From the IMG/VR virus record IMGVR_UViG_2721755486_000001, positions 1 through 64,000 of that record: a stretch of DNA of 64,000 nucleotides; one strand, 5' to 3'. Source of the stretch: a virus (taxonomy: Duplodnaviria; Caudoviricetes). The notes under the pieces are model-generated. The model did no database searches, was not told the origin of the DNA, and saw only the letters and a program-made list of their open reading frames with translations. The number at the start of each line of letters is the position of its first letter. Within the stretch, counting starts at the first letter, position 1. This document shows, piece by piece, positions 37,560 through 46,277 of this stretch. The translations under genes and the position numbers were made by a program.

Positions 37560-38752
37560 ACCGGCGCCCGTTCCCGTTCCGCTACGCAGCGCAAGATCGT
37601 CAACCGGTCGTGGTGGTAGAACCGGCATCGGCACCGGTGACCGTTGTTGACATGCAGCGCGCCAAGACCACGATCGAGCCGCGCCAGGGCAAGAGCGTGA
37701 AGACCGGTGGTGAAGAAACGGTCGCCTGGCCGTCCCCGTTCACGCCCAACGCGCTGTTGCGCTTCGCTCTGTTCGGTGCTCAACGGGAACGGATGGCCGC
37801 CGCGAAGATCTTCCCGCGCCAATCCAGCACGACGGACGGGCGTTTCCTGATCGCGGAGACCGCGCACTACCGTATCGAGTACGACGGGGACGAGGCGCTC
37901 AACGCGGACGACCTGATGGTCCTCCTGGTGTGCTTTGCCATCGCACGCAACGCGGGTGACATGGGCGCCTACGTGCCGATCTCCCTCAGCGAATGCAACC
38001 GTTATCTTTGGAAGTCGCGCAGCGGCAAGAACACGCTCCTGTTCCGGCAATCGCTGATGCGCCTCTTCAAGGGCTACATCAAGATCACGGTCGACGGTGT
38101 GGGCATCAAGCGCCAGCGGTTCCTGGCGAACTACGACAACGACGACACGGACCCGAACAACCCTGTCTACTGGATCCGCATCGACAAGGGCATGGCCCCG
38201 TTGTTCGAGGCCGACGCCACCGAGATCGACGTGGTGCGGATGGCCCACTTGAACAGCTACCTGGCGAAGTGGCTCCACGGTTTCTACTCGACCCACGACG
38301 GCAGGAAGGATTACTCGGTCAGCGAGCTGCAGGAACTGAGCGGATCGTCGTACCTGCCGCTGTTCAAGTTCCGGGCCAAGCTCCGGGAGGCCGTCAAGGA
38401 GCTGATGGAAGCCAAGACGATCACCAACGAGAAGGGCGAGGAGAGGGCGATTCGCCCTCTGTTTGGCGCGGGCACGACCATCACCAAGGGCGACATGCTC
38501 CACGTCGTCAAGGCCAGCCGTTCGATGATGATCGGTCCGGCGAAGAAGGCCGCGGCGCAACCGATCACCGTGCCGGCAACCGCCGATGCGCACACGGAAC
38601 GGCGCGGGAACGTCCCGGCGGTGACCCTCCCGACGCAACGGGTGGACGACGCACCGTTCGTGTCTGCTGGCGCGGATCCGTTCGACGAGCGGGACACGCG
38701 CTCGCCAGCGGAGAGGGCTGCTGCACGCCAACGGGCCCGCGTTGCTCTCTGA
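37556..38752 (+). CDS. Plasmid replication initiator, TrfA-like
   Basis: PNALLRFALFG..IEYDG.E.LNADDLMV..LAKWLHGFYSTH..YSVSELQELSGS..FRAKLREA matches the TrfA-family pattern; adjacent iterons. Confidence 0.82.
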   Translation: MNRRPFPFRYAAQDRQPVVVVEPASAPVTVVDMQRAKTTIEPRQGKSVKTGGEETVAWPSPFTPNALLRFALFGAQRERMAAAKIFPRQSSTTDGRFLIAETAHYRIEYDGDEALNADDLMVLLVCFAIARNAGDMGAYVPISLSECNRYLWKSRSGKNTLLFRQSLMRLFKGYIKITVDGVGIKRQRFLANYDNDDTDPNNPVYWIRIDKGMAPLFEADATEIDVVRMAHLNSYLAKWLHGFYSTHDGRKDYSVSELQELSGSSYLPLFKFRAKLREAVKELMEAKTITNEKGEERAIRPLFGAGTTITKGDMLHVVKASRSMMIGPAKKAAAQPITVPATADAHTERRGNVPAVTLPTQRVDDAPFVSAGADPFDERDTRSPAERAAARQRARVAL

Positions 38753-38779
38753 TCAACGGCCCTTCGGGGCCGTTTCCCA

Positions 38780-39088
38780 TCACCCCCTGGCAGGACTCAT
38801 CCGGTACCGCGCGTGCACGTGCGGACGCTCGGCCGGCAGGTTGTAGCACCAGACCTGCGGCTCCCCCTCGGCACCCTGGCGCTCCCCCACCAGTCGGTTG
38901 AACATCCGCCCCACCTTGCGCCGCCACCCATGGGGCAGCGATGACCAGAGGGCGGCGTGGTGCGGGTCCCGCCGGCAGAGCTGGCGCAGGGTCCCGTCCT
39001 GGTGGTCGAGCCGCGCGAGCAGCCCGGCGAGCAGTACGCGGGCGATGGCGGCAGGGGTGGGGTCGAGGTCGAGCAGGGTGGTGGTCAT
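38780..39088 (-). CDS. Hypothetical protein
   Basis: GGAG RBS; 102-aa ORF converging on the rep terminator. Confidence 0.5.
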   Translation of the reverse strand: MTTTLLDLDPTPAAIARVLLAGLLARLDHQDGTLRQLCRRDPHHAALWSSLPHGWRRKVGRMFNRLVGERQGAEGEPQVWCYNLPAERPHVHARYRMSPARG

Positions 39089-39257
39089 CGGGTTCTCCAG
39101 GATCGTTGATCGGACGCCACCCCGCGCGATCGCGTGATGGCTCTACATATATTGAAAAACCGCCCCTAACTCACACCGATTTCCCGAACTGTTACAAAAA
39201 AGTTGACCGCGCTCCCAGGCCAACCTTCCGTCCTGCACCACCACCCGACCTCCTGAT

Positions 39258-39308
39258 TTGACAAGCCTGTCGTACCTGCTACCGGTACGTACCCGTGCCC
39301 TGGCACAG
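39258..39308 (+). promoter_or_regulatory. topB promoter (TTGACA-N16) with palindrome at 39293-39308
   Basis: Palindrome sits between the -10 region and the RBS. Confidence 0.6.
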
Positions 39309-39325
39309 CTTGGAGGAGGCTCGTC

Positions 39326-41494
39326 GTGCGTTTGTGGATCTTTGAAAAACCGTCCATGGCCATGGCCGTGATCCCCCACCTGCCGAAGCCGCACACGCGG
39401 CACCAGGGGTACGTCGAGACGGGCGACGGCTACGTGTCCTGGCTGGCCGGGCACGTGATGGAGCAGGTGCAGCCGGGCGACTACGACGAGCGCTGGGGCA
39501 CGTTCCCCTGGAAGTTCGAGGACCTCCCGATCATCCCGAAGGACTGGAAGCTCAAGGTCTCGGAGGACAAGAAGGACCAGGTCAAGGTCATCGAAGGGCT
39601 GCTGAAAAAGTGCACGTCGATCGTGAACGGCGGCGACGCGGACCGCGAGGGCCAGCTCCTGGTGGACGAGGTGCTGCTGTACTTCGGCAACACCAAGCCC
39701 GTGGCGCGGATCCACCTGAGCGCGATGGACCCGACCAGCGTCAAGAAGGCGATCGCCTCGCTGGAGGACAACGCGACCTTCCGTCCGCTGTACGAGGCGG
39801 GCCTGGGCCGGCAGCGCGCGGACTGGCTGGTGGGCATGAACATGTCCCGGGCCTACACCATCCTGGCGAAGAAGCAGAACTACCCCGGCGTGCTGTCGGT
39901 GGGGCGCGTGCAGTCGCCGACCCTGGCGCTGGTGGTGAAGCGCGACCGCGAGATCGAGGCGTTCGTCCCGAAGGACTTCTGGACCATCGAGGCGCAGTTC
40001 CTCGACCCGGGCCAACCGGCGTTGCCGTTCTGGTCGCGCTGGCTCCCGCCTGGGCTGTCGCTGGAATCCGCCGAGAAGCAGGCGGACGTGGACGCCAAGG
40101 GCGAGGCCGACGAGGACGAGGAGGGCGATGAGCCCGACGGCGCGGACGGCGCGATCGCGGGTCAGCGCCCGGCCTGGCTGGACGAGCAGAACCGCATCGT
40201 CAACAAGGCGATGGCGGACCAGATCGCGGCGAAGGTCCAGGCCGCGGGCCAGGGCTCGGTCACGCGCTACGTGAACAAGCCGGCGGAGGAACAGCCCCCG
40301 CTGCCGTTCGAGCTGACGGGCTTGCAGACCGCGCTCAACGGGAAGTACGGCTATTCCGCGAAGGAGGTGCTCGACGCCTGCCAGGAGCTGTACCTCGCGG
40401 GGCACACCACCTACCCGCGCTCGGACTGCCCGTACCTGCCTGAATCGCAGCACGCGGAAGCACCGGACGTGCTGGACGCGATCGCGCAGGGCGCCCCGCA
40501 CATGGCCAGCCTCGCGACCAACGCCAACGTGACGATCCGCTCGCGGGTGTGGAACGACGCGAAGGTGAGCGAGCACCACGCGCTGATCCCGACGCGCCAG
40601 GCCCCGGACTGGTCCACCCTGTCCGAGATCAAGCGCCGCACGTACGAAATGATCGCGCAGCGCTACCTGGCGCAGCTCTACCCGAACTGCCAGGCCGACA
40701 AGGCCAAGATCGAGGTGTCGATCGCGGGCGAGCGTTTCGCGGCCAGCGGTCGCGTGGTGAAGGACCCGGGCTGGCGCGTGGTGTTCCAGGGCGAGGCCCA
40801 GGCCACGGACGCCAAGAAGAAGGACGCCACCCCAAGCCTGCCGGTGTTGACCGAGGGCGGTTCGGTGAACCGCCAGGTGGTGAAGGTGGACGCCAAGCGC
40901 ACCACGCCCCCGCCGCGCTACACCGAGGGCTCGCTGCTGACGGCGATGAAGCACATCCACCGCACGGTCAGCGATCCGGTCGAGCGCAAGCGGCTGAAGG
41001 CCCTGGACGGCATCGGCCGGTCGGCCACGCGCGCCGCGATCATCGAAACGATCATCAAGCGCAGCTTCGTGGAGGTGAAGGGCAAGCAGCTCGTGGCCAC
41101 CGTGGTCGGCAAGATCCTGGTGGACGCGCTGCCGGCCAAGCTCACGGACCCGGGCATGACCGCCCGGTGGGAGGCGCTGCTCGACGCGATCGCGTCCAAG
41201 AAGATCCCCCTGCACGCGTTCATGGCGAAGCAGGAGGAGGCGATCGTCGAGCTGGTCAACGAGGCCCAGGCCTCGACCCTTCCCACCATCCCGGCGGACG
41301 CGATGCCCGCTCGCACGCCGTACGCCGGTGGCGCGTCGAAGCCGCGTCCCGCACCCGAGGGCTCGAAGAAGTGCCCGAAATGCAAGAAGGGCTTCCTGGT
41401 CCCCCGGACGGTGAAGAACGGTCCGAAGGCCGGGCAGACCTTCCACGGGTGCAACAACTACCCGGAGTGCAAACACAGCGTCTGGCCCAAGTAA
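39326..41494 (+). CDS. topB: DNA topoisomerase III (plasmid TraE/TopB type)
   Basis: TOPRIM EKPS and DADREG; SVGRVQSPTL; catalytic TYPRSD; GIGRSATRA; C-terminal Zn ribbon CPKC..GCNNYPEC. Confidence 0.95.
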   Translation: MRLWIFEKPSMAMAVIPHLPKPHTRHQGYVETGDGYVSWLAGHVMEQVQPGDYDERWGTFPWKFEDLPIIPKDWKLKVSEDKKDQVKVIEGLLKKCTSIVNGGDADREGQLLVDEVLLYFGNTKPVARIHLSAMDPTSVKKAIASLEDNATFRPLYEAGLGRQRADWLVGMNMSRAYTILAKKQNYPGVLSVGRVQSPTLALVVKRDREIEAFVPKDFWTIEAQFLDPGQPALPFWSRWLPPGLSLESAEKQADVDAKGEADEDEEGDEPDGADGAIAGQRPAWLDEQNRIVNKAMADQIAAKVQAAGQGSVTRYVNKPAEEQPPLPFELTGLQTALNGKYGYSAKEVLDACQELYLAGHTTYPRSDCPYLPESQHAEAPDVLDAIAQGAPHMASLATNANVTIRSRVWNDAKVSEHHALIPTRQAPDWSTLSEIKRRTYEMIAQRYLAQLYPNCQADKAKIEVSIAGERFAASGRVVKDPGWRVVFQGEAQATDAKKKDATPSLPVLTEGGSVNRQVVKVDAKRTTPPPRYTEGSLLTAMKHIHRTVSDPVERKRLKALDGIGRSATRAAIIETIIKRSFVEVKGKQLVATVVGKILVDALPAKLTDPGMTARWEALLDAIASKKIPLHAFMAKQEEAIVELVNEAQASTLPTIPADAMPARTPYAGGASKPRPAPEGSKKCPKCKKGFLVPRTVKNGPKAGQTFHGCNNYPECKHSVWPK

Positions 41495-41517
41495 GGCCGG
41501 CGCCCGACGTTCACGAA

Positions 41518-41549
41518 GCCTGCCTGGCGACCACCGGGCGGGCTTTTTT
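41518..41549 (+). terminator. Intrinsic terminator after topB
   Basis: GCCTGCCTGG..CCGGGCGGGC followed by TTTTTT. Confidence 0.65.
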
Positions 41550-41587
41550 CATGGCCATCCACCCATTCCCATCCAGGAGGTACCACC

Positions 41588-42598
41588 ATGCAGCAGCCCA
41601 ACGCCCAGCGCGAAACGATCGTCGCGGATTCGCTCCCTCAACGCCTCGACGCCTACGACATGGCGCGGCTGCTGATCGAATGCGCCGAACGGCCGGCGAT
41701 CGGCATGCTGATGTTCTTCGCCGTGCCCATGGAAGCGCGTCTGGCCATGGTGGGCGCGAAGACCCCCGGGCAGGCCCAGGAGGTGCGGGACGAGTCGTTC
41801 AACACCGACATCTGGGTGTTGTCGACCGTCATGCGTGTGCTCGGCGAGCGGGAACGGCGTGGCCTGGGCGGCCCTGTCGGGGCGACGTTCACCCCGCTCG
41901 AGCTGAGCGCTCTGGTGGCGCACCTGAACGAGGTCGATGATCCGACGATCACGGCGTTCTTCCGGCGCGAGAACCTGAACGGTGCCCAGATCCTGAAGCG
42001 CCACGCTGACGCGTTGCGTGAGCTTCCGGAGGTCGAGCAGTTGATGCTCGCATCGCTCACCGCCGTCTGGCAGCGGACCGACAACCTGGACCTCGTGCGC
42101 GGGTTCCTCGACGAGTGCATCCAGGACGGCCCCGTCGCGGCCGCCATCGCAGCTCGACGGGCCGCAGGAGCGGGCGGGCGACGATCCACTGAAGGTGGAC
42201 CGATCGCCCAGCGTGAAGCGCTCACCCCGGTGGGCGCTTTGTCGTGCCGCAAAAAGTTGCCGGTTTTGCGCAAAAAGTTGCGGAACTTGCGCAACATCTT
42301 GCGGGTACGGCGCAACTTCTTGCCGAAGGCCGTGGCCCGGAGGGACCGGGGTTGGGCGGGGCGTGAGCCCCGTCTTTCCACCGTGCCAGGGCACGGCTAC
42401 GGGCCTCGCGACAGTCCGCGATCCCCGATGACATGCAGCGCTCCCGGCGCTGCTCGACCCCGAACGTCCAGGGCACCGCGGCATGCACCGCGGGGTGGTG
42501 CGTTCAACCGTGACGCCGTGTTTCCCGCATCCCCGTTTTCGATTCACCGCTGGGTGGCCCGCCCACTTCCTCGACGTGTAGCTCAACCGTGCCCCTGA
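41588..42598 (+). CDS. Hypothetical protein; only the first ~190 codons look coding
   Basis: AGGAGG RBS; the 3' third runs through a repeat array, a palindrome and a leader repeat. Confidence 0.5.
   Translation: MQQPNAQRETIVADSLPQRLDAYDMARLLIECAERPAIGMLMFFAVPMEARLAMVGAKTPGQAQEVRDESFNTDIWVLSTVMRVLGERERRGLGGPVGATFTPLELSALVAHLNEVDDPTITAFFRRENLNGAQILKRHADALRELPEVEQLMLASLTAVWQRTDNLDLVRGFLDECIQDGPVAAAIAARRAAGAGGRRSTEGGPIAQREALTPVGALSCRKKLPVLRKKLRNLRNILRVRRNFLPKAVARRDRGWAGREPRLSTVPGHGYGPRDSPRSPMTCSAPGAARPRTSRAPRHAPRGGAFNRDAVFPASPFSIHRWVARPLPRRVAQPCP
42249..42323. repeat. Four GCAA-N4-TTGC palindromes at exact 21-bp period
   Basis: Copies start at 42249, 42270, 42291 and 42312. Confidence 0.8.
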
Positions 42599-42845
42599 CG
42601 GGGGCAAGGCACCGCTGCGCTCGTTGTCCTCTCCCGTTCCCCTCGCTCCCTTCGGTCGGTCGGCGCGTGCGGCATCCGGCAACGGCCTGGCCCCCGGGGC
42701 AGGTCTCGCTTTCCCCACGACGAGGCGGCTCCACTGAGCAGTGAAACGAAACCCAACGGGGAGAGCAGGGAAATGGTCCACGGCGTCGAACACACCACCA
42801 ACGGCAACGGCAACACCGCGGCGTTCCCCCGCACCCCCGAGGCTC
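42416..42845 (+). repeat. Leading-region leader repeat, copy 1
   Basis: Colinear similarity blocks shared with 45030-45488. Confidence 0.8.
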
Positions 42846-42898
42846 ACCACCGAGCAGGTAGCCGCACCACTCACACGACCACGAAGGAGAACAACAGC

Positions 42899-43297
42899 AT
42901 GGACGCGCAAGACATCATCAACGGCTTGGCCCGCTACACCGGCACGGAGAGCTATTTCTCCCTCGGTGCCATGTTCCGCAACGCGGTCTACACCGACGGC
43001 GTGCAGTTCCTCATCGAAAACGCCCAGTGCGCCTGGCTGGTCACCGATGCGATGGCCTGGGTCTCGCAGAAGGTGCCGGGGCAGAACTACGACGACGGGT
43101 TCATGACCGTTGAGCTGCACCCGAAGGAGGACAGAACCGCCGATCTGCTGATCACCGACGGCAACGGCACGACGCTCTACAGCCAGCACTACACCGCCCA
43201 CACGTTCCCGCTGCCGAAGGGGATCAAGTTGTACGCGGTCTGGGGCGAAACCTCGCGCGGCCCCTGTTGGATCTTGATGGTGACCAGCGAATATTGA
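42899..43297 (+). CDS. DUF6876-like plasmid protein (may start at 42773)
   Basis: YTGTE.Y...YTDGVQFL.ENAQCAWL..DGNG..LYSQ...FPL..IKLY..LMVTSEY pattern. Confidence 0.7.
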   Translation: MDAQDIINGLARYTGTESYFSLGAMFRNAVYTDGVQFLIENAQCAWLVTDAMAWVSQKVPGQNYDDGFMTVELHPKEDRTADLLITDGNGTTLYSQHYTAHTFPLPKGIKLYAVWGETSRGPCWILMVTSEY

Positions 43298-43359
43298 TCC
43301 ACCCCACGCCCCGGACGCTACGGTTTCCGGGGCTCCCGATCCCACGACCAAGGAACACC

Positions 43360-43719
43360 ATGAACCTCATCACCATCACCACGGGCGACCTGATCGGCCC
43401 CACGCTCGACTGGGCGGTGGCCAAGGCCATCAACGCCCCGTTCACCACCGGACCGTTTTCCACCGACTGGGCGCTGGGCGGCCCGATCCTCGAAATGCAC
43501 GGCGTCGGTTTCTTCCGCAACGGCAAGAGGGTGTACGCGAACGAGGCGAAGCGCTGGGAGGCGAACCGCATCGTGAACCTCGACGACGCGCCGATTCTGC
43601 GCCACGGCTACCGGGCCCTGGGCCCGACCCCGCTTGTCGCCGGCTTGCGTTGCCTCGTGCGCAGCAAGCTGGGCGAAACCGTGGCGGTGCCGGCGGACCT
43701 GATCAACACGGAGGCATGA
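43360..43719 (+). CDS. Phage NinX/DUF2591-like protein
   Basis: LIGPTLDWAVAKA..FSTDWALGGPILE..GPTPLVAGLRCLVRSKLGETV. Confidence 0.75.
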   Translation: MNLITITTGDLIGPTLDWAVAKAINAPFTTGPFSTDWALGGPILEMHGVGFFRNGKRVYANEAKRWEANRIVNLDDAPILRHGYRALGPTPLVAGLRCLVRSKLGETVAVPADLINTEA

Positions 43720-43720
43720 C

Positions 43721-44272
43721 ATGGCCAAATCGACCTTTCAGCGGCGCGGCATGATCGGAGGCGTGTTCGCGTGCGGCATCTGCGGCCGGCGGACGCGTCA
43801 CACCAACCAGGGCATGTCGCACCTGTGCCCCCAATGCGACGAGTGGACGGCTTCGGAAAATGGCATCAACGACGGCAACTACGCGGGGTGCCCGCCCGAG
43901 GACCTCGTGCAGGCGGAGGCGGCGATCCTCAAGCTCAAACGCGAGGCATGGAAGCGGGGCGGGGACGCCGCGAGCCTGGGGCTTACGCCCGACGGCACGC
44001 GCGACCTGCGCACCGAGATCAACGCCGTCACCATGGCCGCCGTCGTGCGCGGCTACCGCCTGGAAATCGCGGGCGGTGCGCTCCCGGGCGAGATAGCGCT
44101 GGTGGACGACCTGAACGGCGAGGCGGTGGAGGAACCGGACGAACCCTTGGCGGCCCTCGCCCAGCTCTACGCGCTGCTGGTGGACCTGCGCGAGGGTGTT
44201 ATCACCGCCCAGCAGTTCGACGACCTCGGCGGCAGCACGTGTCGCGAGATCCTCAAGCAGTCCCAGGCATGA
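43721..44272 (+). CDS. Hypothetical protein with N-terminal Zn finger
   Basis: CGIC...CPQC. Confidence 0.7.
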   Translation: MAKSTFQRRGMIGGVFACGICGRRTRHTNQGMSHLCPQCDEWTASENGINDGNYAGCPPEDLVQAEAAILKLKREAWKRGGDAASLGLTPDGTRDLRTEINAVTMAAVVRGYRLEIAGGALPGEIALVDDLNGEAVEEPDEPLAALAQLYALLVDLREGVITAQQFDDLGGSTCREILKQSQA

Positions 44273-44361
44273 CCGGGGCCGGGGCGGTGGCCCCGCTACC
44301 ACGGTTGATCCCACGGCCCGGACGCTACGGTTTCCGGGCATGCCTCCCTCACATCTGGTAC

Positions 44362-44802
44362 ATGACCATGGAACGCTTCACCCACGTCACGACGCGCAAC
44401 AGCCCGACGAGCAAGACCTACCAGCAGCCCACGTACCGCGACCACCCGGCGGGGGCCGTGCCCATCACCGGCGAGTTCACCCTGACCGTCGACGAAGCGA
44501 TGTACATCCTCAGCGTGGCGGGCCAGGCCCGTCACCACCATTTCGACTGGGTGAAGCTCATGGACGCGCGCACGGTCTGGATCGGTTACGACCCGAGCCC
44601 GACGGGCGGGTTCACGGAGCGCCGCACGAAGACGGTGTACATGGACGCCGGGATCATGGTCTCCCCGGACAACTTCCACATCCAGGGGCGCGAGTCCAAC
44701 GACGGCCCGCTCCTCAAAACGATGCACATCCGGATGGACGACCTGGTGCGCGACTTCGCCCTGGTCCTGCGCGATCCGGACGCGAAGCTCAAGGCCGCCT
44801 GA
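44362..44802 (+). CDS. Hypothetical protein
   Basis: Coding-like 3' part of ORF 43771..44802; start at 44362 or 44368. Confidence 0.65.
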   Translation: MTMERFTHVTTRNSPTSKTYQQPTYRDHPAGAVPITGEFTLTVDEAMYILSVAGQARHHHFDWVKLMDARTVWIGYDPSPTGGFTERRTKTVYMDAGIMVSPDNFHIQGRESNDGPLLKTMHIRMDDLVRDFALVLRDPDAKLKAA

Positions 44803-45029
44803 CCTGGGCACGGGGCACGTCCCCGTGCGCGGGCACCGCGGCGGCTGTCCAGCGCCCACCTGCGCGGTGGGCGTGGTCCTGGCGTGCCCTGGCACCCTTC
44901 GGGCAACACCTCGCCGGAGGCGAAACGGCAGGTAACCCCGCCCGGCAGGCCTGCGGCACACGGCCGGGCCCCACGGCATCGAGACCGAGCGTTCCTCCGC
45001 TCGGTGGTCCGTTCGGATACCGCGTCCTT

Positions 45030-45488
45030 CCGCGATCCCCGATGAACGCAGCGCGTGCACCTGGCGCAGCGCGGCCCCGTACAACCGGACCCCTGGACGC
45101 CTGGGCGTCCTGAGCACGCCGCGCTCGCGCACGTCGTGCCGCCGGTTTTCAACCGTGATGCCGTGGCTCCGCCAGGTCGTCAGGCACGTGGGTCCGCTCT
45201 TGTCGGTCCGCCTTCTCCTTCGACGTGTAGCTCAGCCGTGTCCCTGTTGGGGCAAGGATTCGCGCGCAGCGCTCGTCGTCCTCTCCCGGTCCTTCCCGCC
45301 TGGTGGTCGGTCAGGCGTGCGGCATCCGGCGACGTCCTGGCCCCGGGCCCCGTCCGATCTCTTTCCACGCCGAGGCGGCTCCGAAGAGCAGACATCCACC
45401 AGACGATGAGGCGAACCATGAACCACGGCATCGAAAACCCGGCGAACAACAACGGCAACACCGCGCAGTTCCTCGCCCCCGAGGCTTC
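45030..45488 (+). repeat. Leading-region leader repeat, copy 2
   Basis: Similar to 42416-42845; precedes and overlaps the start of ardA. Confidence 0.8.
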
Positions 45489-46023
45489 CAAAGAGCAGGG
45501 GTACAGCAACACCGGCGACTACTTCGCCCAGCCCTACAACACCTGCGTGGCAGGCTTCTACTTCTCGGACTACGAGGAGTACCAGGCAAAGGCTGCAGCG
45601 CTGCGCGACCCGTTCGGTTCCCCGGTGGAGGAGTTCGAGATTCAGGCGATCGACCTGGACCGCGCGCAAAGCGAGCTTTTCGACGCACTCAAAATCGACC
45701 AATCGACGCTCGAACGCTGGTTCGACGACGTGGTCGACCTCGACGAGCACGAGCTGGCGGTGGTGTTCTTTCTGGTGGACAACAGCGGGTACGACCTCGA
45801 CAGCGCGATGGACAAGAAGGACGATGTCTCCCTGTATCACGGCAACCTGCTGGACGCGGCCACGGAACTGTTCGACGACTGCTACGGCAGCTCGATCCCG
45901 GACAACCTTAAGTCTTACATTGATTACGAAGCCTTCGCCCGTGACTGCCGTTGCGGCGGCGACATGGTGGAGTTCGATTTCGGGGGCTCGACCTACACCT
46001 GCACGTCGGCGAACCACTGCTGA
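45418..46023 (+). CDS. ardA: Antirestriction protein ArdA (DNA mimic)
   Basis: Very acidic; AQPYN..GFYF..EEFEIQ.ID..YIDYEAFARD. Confidence 0.88.
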   Translation: MNHGIENPANNNGNTAQFLAPEASKEQGYSNTGDYFAQPYNTCVAGFYFSDYEEYQAKAAALRDPFGSPVEEFEIQAIDLDRAQSELFDALKIDQSTLERWFDDVVDLDEHELAVVFFLVDNSGYDLDSAMDKKDDVSLYHGNLLDAATELFDDCYGSSIPDNLKSYIDYEAFARDCRCGGDMVEFDFGGSTYTCTSANHC

Positions 46024-46277
46024 CCACGTGCCCGGAGCCTCGCCCTCGGGCGATGCGCTTTGGGTCGGCGGGCAGTGCCAGGGCACCCCTCACCGCCCGG
46101 GTATCCAGCGGGACCCCACGCCGAAGGCTCAGGGCCCGGAGGGCGGGGCGGGCCCGTGGCCCGTTTCTCCGGGGTGATGGGATCACCCCATGACCGACGA
46201 CCGTCTGACCAGCTTGCCCGCGGGCCTGGACCGCTGGCACACTCCGATAACCGGCACCATAAGAAGGAAAGAAATAC

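Noticed and set aside
39225-39245. CGTCCTGC resembling a MOBP nic site (YATCCTG/Y)
   Set aside because: It is mismatched and short, with no adjacent inverted repeat or relaxase; oriT could not be located in this window.
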